64,000 nt of DNA from Leidyana gryllorum EB-2025a (lineage: Eukaryota > Protista > Apicomplexa), in NCBI GenBank assembly GCA_048772705.1, contig JBLWGC010000202.1, forward strand, positions 248,001 to 312,000, in the 5' to 3' direction. Below the pieces are notes generated by a model, which was not told the origin of the DNA, searched no databases, and saw only the letters and a list, made by a program, of their open reading frames with translations. Positions 9,992 to 21,000 of this stretch are shown piece after piece (positions within the stretch are counted from its first letter, which is position 1; each line of letters begins with the position of its first letter). The position numbers and the translations under genes were made by a program.

Positions 9992-12154
9992 CTATATGGC
10001 GGGTACTGATTCAGTATTGGGCCTATCCCAGGCTCTGTGCATACTGAGTCCCTGGCAGAACGCATCAACAGGTTCGTCCAAAGACTTTGGCGTCTTGGCG
10101 ATGGTGACAACACCATACTGTACGACGAGATCATCGCCTTGACTGGTCTGTACGCCATTGACCCCGCTCACGCCGAGGAGTTTCACCGCAGCTGATCCAA
10201 TGGCGAGGATAGGTTTCAGGTGTTTGAAAGCCTGGGCTATCCAGCCTTTGACAGCACCGCATTGCGCGAGTTGATCAAAGTATGTATTGTCATCATCACT
10301 GCCTCCATTAATGATGATGAGTCCGTCAAATAGACACATGGAGCTCCCTTGCAGATCGTAATCGAGTGTGATGTCCTTCTTTAGGCTGTTTTTCACGAGT
10401 TTCTGTGGCCCCAGGAGCATAGGGCGCACATTTCGAGACATAAGTCTAGCCTTAACGCTTTGCCAAGAGGTCTGTTCAAATCCATCTGTGCAGATGCACA
10501 CAATCTTTCTCCCGGCCATATAATTGATAATATTGGCGAATTGGGAGAGGAAAGCAGATTTCCTCTGGTGATTGACCGTCTTCTCGGTCGGCGGGCTGAT
10601 TCCAATCCTTCCAGCCACTTCAACCGCCAAGTCGTGATCAATATTATTGATAATCTCATCAATCACTTTCCGCTGGATATCGTAGTGAGTCACTTTGTTC
10701 AATTGTCCCGCCAGAGCTGCCTTTATGTGCTTCTTCTCAACTTCGTTCATCGAATTGTAGAATAGTGTCGCTTGGAGAAAGTGATTCTGGAACGCTTTCG
10801 CTCTCTCCATATTGATCTTCCCATAGACTTCGAACCTCGCGTGCTCGTAACCCTTCTCCGCAGACGGTCGTGGTGCGTCCTTACTCAGCGAATTCGGGTG
10901 ATAATTGCTCGCATTCACCACCACATCAGTCGTCATCGCGCCGTCACGTTGATTGTTATGGAACGGACACACCGGCTTGTTAATCGGCAACTTCTGGTAA
11001 TTTGTACCCACCCGATAAAGTCCCGCGTCCTTGTAAGCCATGACACGGGTTTGGAGCATCGGGTCATTCGTGAAACCAACTCCGCGCACCACATTCGCTG
11101 GACAGAACACAACTTGCTCCGTCTCGGCAAAGTAGTTCAACACGTTCCGGTTTAGGGTCATCTTACCCAAACGCCGCAATGGAACCAACTCCTCCGGTAC
11201 CAACTTCGTCCCGTCCAAATACTCAAAGTCAAACGACGCAGCCTCCTCTTCACTGAACACTTGCACACACAACTCCCACTCCGGGTATACGCCCATCAGG
11301 ATGCTCTCGAACAGATCCAACCGGTGATAGTCGGCATCTCTCCCTTTGATCTCCTCTGCCTCGTCCTCCAACAGACTGTGGACGCCCTGCAGACATTTCC
11401 AGTGGAACTTTACGAACGAAATCTTCTTCTCCGCATTGATGAAACTGAAGGTGTGGACCCCAAACCCGTCCATCATGCGCAGACTTCGAGGTAAAGTACG
11501 ATCGGACATAATCCACATAACCGTGTGAGCACTCTCAGGCATATTGCTAATGAAGTCCCAGAATGTGTTGTGGGCCGTTGACCCTTGAGGCACCTCATTG
11601 CGCTGCTCAGGCTTCAGTGCATGAATCAGATCCGGAAACTTTATTCCGTCTTGGATAAAGAATACGGGGATGTTGTTCCCAACCAAATCCCAATTACCCT
11701 CATCCGTATAGAACTTCACAGCAAAACCACGAACATCACGAGCTGTATCCGCCGCACCACGAGATCCAGCCACTGTACTGAAACGCACAAATACTGGAGT
11801 CTCCTTCCCACTCTCAGCAAACACCGTAGAACAAGTAATGTCGCTCGCACTCTCATAACACTTAAACACGCCATGAGCACCAAATCCGCGAGCGTGCACA
11901 ACACGCTCGGGAATACGCTCGCGATTGAAATGCTGCAACTTCTCAAACGCATGAAAGTCTTGCAACAAAGACGGACCCAACTCTCCGGCCTTCACCGAAT
12001 CATCAGTCGTCAGCAGAGCAATACCCTCGTTCGTCGTCAACACAGTGTCTTTGTCCTTTCGCACTGCCGCATCTATTTGCTTCGTCTTCGCATTACCACC
12101 CAAGATCGACTCCGCGGCGGAAGCCACTTTCTCAACCAAGGATTCTCCCTCCAT
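9992..12154 (-). CDS. katE: Large-subunit monofunctional haem catalase (KatE/HPII, clade 2) with C-terminal GATase1/DJ-1-like domain; intronless, ~720 aa
   Basis: FNRERIPERVVHARG (distal His), RFSTVAGSRG, DTARDVRGFAVKFYT, LVGNN, FPDLIHALKPE, proximal RVMAYKD, CPFHNNQRDG, and C-terminal GRKI...FDG...AFKHLKPI...HRAWDR. First ATG at 12154 (MEGESLVEK). Confidence 0.97.
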   Translation of the reverse strand: MEGESLVEKVASAAESILGGNAKTKQIDAAVRKDKDTVLTTNEGIALLTTDDSVKAGELGPSLLQDFHAFEKLQHFNRERIPERVVHARGFGAHGVFKCYESASDITCSTVFAESGKETPVFVRFSTVAGSRGAADTARDVRGFAVKFYTDEGNWDLVGNNIPVFFIQDGIKFPDLIHALKPEQRNEVPQGSTAHNTFWDFISNMPESAHTVMWIMSDRTLPRSLRMMDGFGVHTFSFINAEKKISFVKFHWKCLQGVHSLLEDEAEEIKGRDADYHRLDLFESILMGVYPEWELCVQVFSEEEAASFDFEYLDGTKLVPEELVPLRRLGKMTLNRNVLNYFAETEQVVFCPANVVRGVGFTNDPMLQTRVMAYKDAGLYRVGTNYQKLPINKPVCPFHNNQRDGAMTTDVVVNASNYHPNSLSKDAPRPSAEKGYEHARFEVYGKINMERAKAFQNHFLQATLFYNSMNEVEKKHIKAALAGQLNKVTHYDIQRKVIDEIINNIDHDLAVEVAGRIGISPPTEKTVNHQRKSAFLSQFANIINYMAGRKIVCICTDGFEQTSWQSVKARLMSRNVRPMLLGPQKLVKNSLKKDITLDYDLQGSSMCLFDGLIIINGGSDDDNTYFDQLAQCGAVKGWIAQAFKHLKPILAIGSAAVKLLGVSGVNGVQTSQGDDLVVQYGVVTIAKTPKSLDEPVDAFCQGLSMHRAWDRPNTESVPAI

Positions 12155-12362
12155 TGTAGACTTCAACACGCAACGTTACAGCCACTCACACTCAGATAAG
12201 GAGCAGAACCACACAAAGGGAACAAGGCACACGAGCAGGTTGTCAAACAATTCAATGTGCCCTCGACTACCTCAAGACAGCCAACAATAAGTACTATCAA
12301 ACACAAATCTGTATCCGCAGTGATACACCTGTCTCTGAATTAGGGAAAAATAACAACGTTAA

Positions 12363-15115
12363 TCACGCATGCCGTAAGAGCTTATGCAAAGCTTCCACAG
12401 CTTCGTCACAGGGATCTGTAGGCTCCTCAGGGGGAGGCGGATGCCGGCATTCCACGTTTATCTCACACTCATCTTCACAGGGATCTGGGCCGTCCCCAGG
12501 ACACGGATGCGGTATTCGATGTACAGACTCGCCTGTCAAAACAGCTAACTCCTCTTCTTGAGCTGCTTGATGGTTCTTTTGACAGTCAGCCTCTTGCTGC
12601 TCTAATTCTAACTCGATCTGCAAAGCATTCGCAGCGTCCTCTAATGACTCGGCCTCTTCCACCTCGGCCGGAATGTCGTCCTCCGCCTCCTCCAAAGTCG
12701 TCTCGATCTCAGTTGTCGCTTCGGAACCCTCCGGTGGCTCTTCCTCACCAGCTTCCGTTTCCTCACTAATCTCCTCCATGTGCTCTTCCTCCTTTTCCTC
12801 TAGCTCCTCGTTCTTCTCCTCCAGGTGCTCCAGATCTTCTGGGTCAACACAGTCATCCTCAGCTTCAACATCCGCGGTCGCTTTCTTCGCTTCTTCGAGC
12901 ATGTGCTCCGCATCATCACCACTCTTCTCAGCTTCCTCGATGTGGTCCTCCACCTTCTCTGTCAAAACAATCTCATTCTGCTTGCGAATCCAGGAGCAAC
13001 CCCTTACCTGTCAAAGTGTGCGCTTTTTTCGCCATCTCGCCCGACAGCTCTGAAGCTGTCTGTGCATTCTGCAGAGCTTCCACCCCCAGTTTGTTTAAGT
13101 GCTCAGCTTCCTCCAACTCTTCCTGAGCGTGAGCAACCTTCTCGTCTGAGCTCAGCTCCTCCATGTCCTCACCGTGGGGCTTGTCGTGCTCGCTGCTATC
13201 ATGTGGGGAAACTTCGCCAGAGTGAGGAGCTGTCTCAGGCCCAGGATCGGGCGGGAGCCCCACATCCGGAGACTGACCAGGATCTTGTAGTTGCCGTAAT
13301 GGAGCAGCCTCTGACTGTTGATGACGCTGAATCTGCATGAAACGTCCACTGGTTTCCATCTGTAGATGCGTTTCTCCTGCAGGCCCTTCCTCTACTCCGT
13401 CTTCTTCCACTTCAGCTTCCTCCGCCGCTTCGCCTAGCTCTTGTGTCGCCTCAGCAGTGAGTTTGTTAGACATCTTGAGCGCATCTCGTGCAACTTCATC
13501 CTGGGTTGAGAGTTGAATGTGAGATTCCGAAGTTCATACTTACGTCTTCTTCCGCATGAACACCTTCCTCTGCTGCGAGATCGAGCAGGTGATCCTTCTT
13601 GTGCTTCTCCTCTTCAACTGCCTCTGAGAGCTCGTCAGCTTCCATCAGCTCCTCTTCCGCCAATTCGCTCTTCTCCTCCTAGAATCTTGTTGTAGGGGAA
13701 TATGACAGCTTCGTACTTACAGCAATATCCACAGGATTTTCCAGCGGTGCCTCCACCACAGCTTCCTCTATATGCTTGGCTTCCTCTTGTGGAGTATCAG
13801 CGACTTCCACTTCCACCGCCACTTCAGGGTGGCGTTCGAATTCCTCGAGAATAGCATGATCTTCGCACTCCTCTTGCGCTCTCTCCTGCGTACGGTTGAT
13901 CTGCTTGCGACAAGACTGACGTACCTCTTCAAGGTTCTGTATCTCCTCGTTTTCCTCTGCTTCGTGAGCTAAGTCGCTCGCTGGCTCCTCATCACTCGGT
14001 GCCACTACTTCTGGTTCTTCTTCCAAATCAGGTCCCAAAGACGCCAACTCATCTTGAAGGGATGTGATCTGGGGGAAAGATGCCGGGCATCATCACTTTG
14101 GTGTAGCAAGTAGATTCTCACCATCTCATCAGTTTCGGCTTCAGCTTTGACACTCCTGTCCAGCTGCAGAGAAGCGGCCTCTGCTGCCCGTGCACGGCTT
14201 TTAACATCCTCCAGCTTCTCCATCTGTTGCTCCAAACATGCTGAGGAGTCCCGTTCACATCGCCTAAGACCCTGCGCTGCAACTCACCGATCTCGTCCTT
14301 CACCTCAACCTCTCTCTCCGCCAGCGGATCTCCCGATTCCTCGGTCTCTTGGCGGAGTTTCTCCACCTGTGAGAATGTATCTCCTCCTTCCCTGAGCTCT
14401 CACCTCCGCGGCAGCTTCGGATAGCAGATCCGGTTCTTCTTCAGCATGTCCGGCCACCTTTGCCCGAGAAACAACATCTTCCAGTTTGGCCAGCTTGTCC
14501 AGATCGTGCAGCCGATGTAGTTCAGCTTCAGCTTGAGCGATCTCGTCTTCAGAATTGTCTGGAGCTAATCTTGTTTCTGTTGCCGCTATGGCCCGAGAAA
14601 TCGCATCTTCTGCTTTATGTAACTCGTCGTGCTCGGCCAATGCCGCCTCTACTGCGTCCGAGCTCTGGCCCTCCAAGTCCTCTTGTTGCTCAGAAGCCGC
14701 AAGAGCACGGGAAAGAGCATCTTCAGCTGCTAACATCTCGTCATAATCGCTTAGCGTCGATTCAAGACTCTCGAGGTCTGTGGAATCTGAGGCTATGTCA
14801 TGCTCCTCATGCTCATGATGCTCTTTATGCCCATGGTGATCATGATGGTCAGCGGTTTCGGGTACTTCATGGTCGAGATCATGCGTTTCGGGTTCAACAA
14901 AGTCACCGTCATGTTTGGACGACGTCTCCAGGTGCGATGCTATGGGAAAGAAGGACTCAAAGGTGTCTATTGGACTCTAGTGCGCTCTATCGATACGTGT
15001 GTTAACATCGCAAACCTACCTTTCTGATAGCCAGAAATCGCGGGAATTGGTGCTGATAGAAGGCATGGCATACATATAAATGTGACGTGTAACACAATAA
15101 TCGCCAATAGGCCAT
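12363..15115 (-). CDS. Very acidic (Glu-rich), multi-exon, probably secreted protein with a His-rich N-terminal patch and Cys/Pro-rich C-terminus
   Basis: Several consecutive minus-strand Glu-rich ORFs are linked by short GT-AG introns (e.g. 14977-15019). The first exon, MAYWRLLCYTSHLYVCHA, is signal-like. His patch HDLDHEVPETADHHDHHGHKEHHEHEEHD. Internal exon borders are approximate. Confidence 0.75.
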
Positions 15116-15296
15116 CACAGAACCATCAATGGCAGGTTCGCGCACGTGTGTGCTGTCTCCAAGCAAGGCTTACACATCACCATGTGGCTCTCGGGTATGG
15201 GTGGTCCGTATTGTCCCAGTGATAAAGAAGTTTTGGGCAGCATTTGGCGTGCCAGAGCTTTTTTTGAGGCCCAAGCCGGCAGGTGAAACTTCCAGG

Positions 15297-15743
15297 ATGT
15301 CGAAAACTGCGCAGGCTACCACTACTCTTAAGTTGGACACATGCTCCTACTCTGACCTCAGGATGTACCCTGGTATGGGGACCATCTTCATCAGCCGTGA
15401 TGGCAAGTCCCATATCTTCTCTACCAAGAAGGTGTCCAGCTTGTTCCATCAGAGGATCAAGCCCGTTAAGCTGACTTGGACCCAGGTAAGGAAGTTTTTC
15501 TGACAGTTATTCCATAATCACATTTAGGCATGGAGACGCGCCAACAAGAAAGCGGTCGCCCACACGGGTACTGGCAAGAAGCGTACTCGCCAGACTGTCA
15601 AGACCCAGAAGGCCATCGTTGGTCTGTCCTTGGACGACCTCCAGAAGAAGCGCGCTGCTGCCGCCGCCAACAAGCAAGCCGCTGCCGCGGCCGGGGGCAG
15701 ACAGCCTCTTCCTTCGGGCACCAAGGGAAAGAAAAAGAACTGA
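15297..15743 (+). CDS. RPL24: 60S ribosomal protein L24 (eL24)
   Basis: CSYSDLRMYPGMG...RDGK...KPVKLTWTQ|AWRRANKK...KAIVGLSLDDL; intron 15486-15527. Confidence 0.95.
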
Positions 15744-15803
15744 GTGATGTGTTACAGCAACTGTCAGCTACTTATACAAACCATAACCCTGCGTCCTGCC
15801 TGA

Positions 15804-17896
15804 TCACCGCCTAAGCATTTCACCACCCATTGCCAACGAAATCTCTGCTATGTGCTCTGCCCGAAGTGTAAACTTCGGGTCCAAAAGAGCCAGGGCCTTC
15901 AGCTTAAGTACTATCTGCAGCAGCACACAGTCAACTTTGACCACTTTTGCGGGACGGTGGGCTTACCTTCTCCAGTTGGCGACCTGAACTTCCATGTGTT
16001 TTTACTGCCAGTTCCATAGCCAACGTCTGAACGTCAATCTCAGGACTCAGGCGGGCAGAAATGAGAGGGCGGCGCCACATCCAGATACCACGTCTGCGTT
16101 GAGGGTAGAACTCCTGGTCGATATATTGTTTAATGATGGCAGCTCGGGCTTCGACAGTAGGCAGTGGGAACTCTACAAGTTCGTCCATGCGGTCCACAAC
16201 AGCCTGCGAGCTCAGTCGATCAGTAAGAAGGCAACATTGCACTTACGGCGTCCAGGGTCTCCGGAACATTCGTGGCTAATACAACGGTGACTTTTGGATC
16301 TCTTTGACCGGTCCGCTCAAGGAATGTCTACAGAATCAGGTAGATCAATCAAAGTGACATTTCAGGTACTTACGGCGAGTGTTGCTCTCAGATCTTCGCT
16401 CAGTGCACCGTCAGACGCTCTGCCTTTCCGCAGGAAGGCTTCTGCCTCATCAATGAAGAGCAAAACTCCGGAACGTTTGTTCTGAGCCCAGTTGAAGAGC
16501 TTGCGGACTTCTGCACTTCCGTACTTCCCCACTGCCACGAAATCGCCTCCGGTGCAAACTGCGAAGCGCAGCCCCGACACTCTGGCCAACCTACGAGAGC
16601 AACCTCAGAGATACTGCTGATTCGTTAAGTAACTCACTCTCTAGCGTAGCTGGTCTTTCCGGTCCCTGGAGGACCGTGGAGGAGTATATGACGTGCCGGC
16701 AGTGCTTCCTTGCGCAATCGTGTAGTTTCGGTAAGGAAGAGGAGCCGGTCGGTGAGCTCGGTCGGGAATATCAGATTCGCTGGAGTCACTCTACTCCGAG
16801 TCCAGGGCATGAATTTGGACAGCAAAGTGTTGCGGGAATACTCGCGGACCAACTTGGGCTGGGTGAGACGTGTCTGGAAGACATAGGCGGCAACCTGAGT
16901 GCTGCGTCTGATGCTGAAATACGTTGCCCATGCGAGTCCGAATGCTCCAATCTGCAGAGCAATCAATGTACATTGAGAATGGGGAAGAAGGGTCGGAACT
17001 GACCATATTCCGGCGAAACTGGGCATCATTGGCTATTTTGCTGCCGAGTCGTCTGACATCTTGAAGTACGAGATTGACTTTTTGGAGGGCTGCCTCCGAC
17101 TCGAGCTTTGTGCGTTCCTTTAGCAGCTTGAGAGCTATATCTTGATTTTCCCGCTCTTGTTTGATCTTCCCGATAAACGCTTCGCGGATCTTGGCTCGTT
17201 CGACCTGTTCTTCGAGCTTCTTCTCCTTTGCCAAGGCGGCCAATCGTATTTCTTGGACTTGCTTCTCTGTGATATTCTGGGCCTGGAGAGGGATGTTGGA
17301 CGGATCGTACCTGTATTTCGGCGCGTCTGTTCTATCTGCAGTTTGATATCCCGTTCTTTGAGGAGGAGGGCTTCGCGTTGCTTGGCGTCGTGAGCAGCTT
17401 TCTTGCCATGGGCCTCTCTGATAGTAGGGCGGCAGTGGATTGCTGGAGGGAGGGAGTCGATAGGTATAGGGCTTACAGATCTAGACGCGCTTTATATTCA
17501 GCAGTTGCCTTGTCCTTCTCAAACTGGTGTTCAATCCTTTTGCGGTGGTCAAGGGCCTCTTTTTGTTGTCGAGTTGACGCAAGCCGTTCCGACTCTACTC
17601 TGGCCTACACATACATATATATTGCGAAGGAGTGTGTCTGGTAGTAGTTTACTTGTTCTGCTTGTTTGTTATTCAAGGCGAGTTGAGTGCGTTGATTGGC
17701 AAGGGCGAGGTCGAAGGCCTTGGTGGAGTTGCGACTGGCGTCAATCTCTCTGAGAGCCGCAGCGGCTCTCTCAAATACGGCCGGGTCAACTGCAGTAGTT
17801 GTGGATTGAGTATGTTTGTCAAAAGTTACATTTGGTGTAGTCAATTGCAGGCTTCGAGTCGGAAGGACTCGGGGGAGAAGATTGCAGTCTGAACAT
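15804..17896 (-). CDS. ATAD3: ATAD3-family mitochondrial AAA+ ATPase (multi-exon)
   Basis: FDPAVFERAAAALREID (rebuilt across intron 17790-17829), coiled coil ERENQDI, QPKLVRE, Walker A GPPGTGKT, TGGD, Walker B LLFIDEAEAFLR, DRMDELVEFPLP and SGRQLEK. Confidence 0.92.
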
Positions 17897-18028
17897 CGGC
17901 TGCAAAACGGTCCAAAATAAGATTTGAAGGCAGGCCGCCTGAGCAGCGGAACTCTCAATCGATCGAAAAGACGAGCCGTCAGGTTATGGCGGGCGACGGA
18001 GCTATCAATCACATAGTGTGTTAGAAGC

Positions 18029-21000
18029 ATGCCATCATCCGCTGACGGAGAACATAACGGCGCCTCACGCTCATCATCCGGACTTCCCCACTCGCCACAC
18101 CAGCAGATCGCCAAGTATGAGCTCCCCCTTCCGCGCGGCCCTGCCGTGCAACCCGGGAGACCACCAATAGAGGGCGGGCGGTCGCTCTCACCGCGAAGCG
18201 GTCGCACCGTTGAATGGACGGACGGAGCCTCCCGATTGTCTGTGTGCGGCGACGCAGCTGCCTCCGCTTTCGTCAGAGTACAGAGCGCTCGTCAACATCT
18301 CAACAAGCCCCGCGTCACCCAGGAGCGTCCGCTCCTCTCCCCTGCCACCGAGCTGCTGTGCAAGTGTACCTTACAACCATGGCAAGTCTCTCACGCTTCC
18401 ACCTCTACATCGTGAGTTTGTGCCTTTTCAACCCCTTCCAAGCGCTTTTCAGCTGGCGAAGACAGGCCTTGCGCCTCCTGCGGGATGCCAGTGGCGTCAC
18501 GCAGCCTCCCTTTCCCCCCGAACCCGAGAGCCTCAACGGCTGCGATGTTCATCTCCTCGCCCTTGACTTGAACCCCCTATCTTTACTGGAGAAGGACACA
18601 GAGTCCCGCGTCGTGCGCTCAGTCGGCCATCGACCCTCACCCACCACATACAGGACCGCCTGGTCCTTAGCCTATTTGCACCTCCTGAACCACGTTGGTC
18701 ACCATAACAATCGCTCCCCTGAATCATTGATGCATCCGGGCGGGAAACTTCGTCAATACTTCTCAATTGTAAGTCCCTTCCCCTCCTCCAGTGACAGTGA
18801 AGTGCACTTCTCAATGTAACTGACTCCTTTGCTGTGCTTTGCGCCTGTGTGTGTAAGCGTCGCTTTGACACCGTTTTGTTTCTCAGACGGAACGGCATGA
18901 CGGCGGAGACGAGATAGCCCTCAGCGACAATCAGCGTCTGCTGAAGGCCTGCCAAATGGTGGCAGGACCGACGGTGGAGTGGGATATTCTTCGGTTCCAG
19001 CCGTCGCGCGCTGTAGTCTTTTCCATTGATTCGGCCGCGGCCATGAAGGGTGATCCGGTCAAGTTCGAGTGTATCGCCGGATGGGCGCGATGGTCAGCTC
19101 TGCTGGCTACGCTGGTGAGGATATCGAGGTGTTGAGCGAATTTGTTCATCCATTGTTCGGCAGGAGGGTATTCGGATGAAACACCCGATCCCTCAAACCT
19201 ACATAATGGCTCTGGAGACTCGGGTGCCAGTGTTCGTCATTGACAGCTCTTCGCTCACCAAGCCAAACATTGCCCGGTTGTCTACGTTCTTCAACTTGGC
19301 GGATGTCGAGTTCTCTCCCAACACCGCGCCTGTACAACCCCCCCTGCAGTTTTTCTTGTCCACGCGGGAACTCACCCAAATACGCTCGCGACCATTCACT
19401 TTCTGCGACAGGTACGCCGGGCGATCTTTACACTCACTCCTGTGTTTCAACTTGCCATGCAGACTCTGGTCGCTCCATCACATCCTGGTTGAATGCGATA
19501 CACTGGTGAATGAGAAGCCAGATGTGATAGAATCCCAAACGTTAGCTAGCTTCTTGTACAAGTATATCAGTACTTCTGACGACTGGTCGGAATTCTACCT
19601 CTGGTGAGTCGTAAACTCGTTTCTTCTAAGCAATCTGTGTCACAGGCTACATGAGGAAGCTGAACATCTGAGTCACTCAGCTTGGGTTGGCAACCCCCTC
19701 GTAATCCCTCCTTTCATCGCTAACTCCGTTGCCGATATATCGGTAGCCTCGGAATTACTCATCTCCTTCATGCTGTCTCTGGCATGGCCGGTGTCCTCCA
19801 TCCAACTGATCTCCATGACTATGGGAGACATGCGTCGAACGTTCGGCAGCGAGTTTCCTTTCGGCTCAATGGAGCTCAGCCGAAGGCCGAGATCAGGGAT
19901 CGGTTTCTGGGACGACCTCCTCCTCCACTATCTTCCTCATCAGTGAGTCTACTCGCCGACCGCCATCTGCTTCAACTCTTTCTCTCCGGCAGAATTCAAG
20001 CTACCTACTCTCTTGCTGATCTCTTTGGGATCGTGCGGACGTTTGAGATCTTCTTTATGCCGCGGTGCGGTCTCCACAACTCTCTTCTGTCTGCTCTGGA
20101 ATGGTGGCAAGTTCAGGACGTCTCTCTGATCCAACACTTTGCGCGTAATGACTCTAGCGCTCAGTTTGTCTCCCGAATCGTGGAGCACAACTCGATTCCT
20201 GTGGTCGGGCACAACGCTCACTCCGGCAGTTTTGAGCAACTGTCCGCATTCATTTGCGTCTACAGTCTGCACTTCTGTCTGGAACTCGAAGAGAAAGCTC
20301 TGAGGGGTTTCGGTCAAGTCTTCGAACCGAAAGCTTCGAGCGCAAACGCCGATCACCCACCACCAGAAGCCTCCACAATACACGATCATCGTCTACCTAT
20401 GCACCTGCACGATGATCCCGTGTGTATATTGGGGGTTGGAGCCAGCCGCATTCTGCACCTCATCCGTGCAGTTACGGTCTTCGCGGTCCTTACCTGTGAC
20501 AATCCTTACCAAATACAGGAAATGGCCATGCGTCAACAACAGGTAAACCTCAATCCACTATCATCAGTTTTGCTCCCCTCCCTATTATGTGTGTGTGTGT
20601 GTGTGTCTCTCTTTCTCTCTGCCCCTCTCTCTGCTTCTCTGCCCCTCTCTCTGCGTGTGCCGAACTGGTCTCATCTTGTTTCGCAGCAGCACATTGCGCC
20701 CGTAGTAGCGCAGGCTTCTGGGTTGTCGCCGCTGGTGTTGATGTGTCCGCACCCGGGTAAGCCGATATTCACTCCCTTTGCGGCACTCTTTGCGGGTAAG
20801 GAGTACGAGATGCGAAAGCAGTTGGAGGAGCACTTCGAGCTATTGTTGGGGGCAATAGCGGAGCTGGTATTCCGTGAGTGCCTGGCTGGACTTGCGCGGG
20901 AAGAATTGTTTGGGATCCCCGGAATGTCCAACAGCAACCCACCAGGCGGCAGCAGCAGCGGCAGCAGCACCGCCAACAGCCCCAGCCCGGCCGAACCCAT

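Noticed and set aside
20543-20689. Hydrophobic 'LLCVCVCVSLFLSAPLS' segment in the 1173-aa ORF, resembling a TM helix
   Set aside because: It is an in-frame GT-AG intron containing (TG)n and CT-rich microsatellites, with a CAGCAG acceptor.
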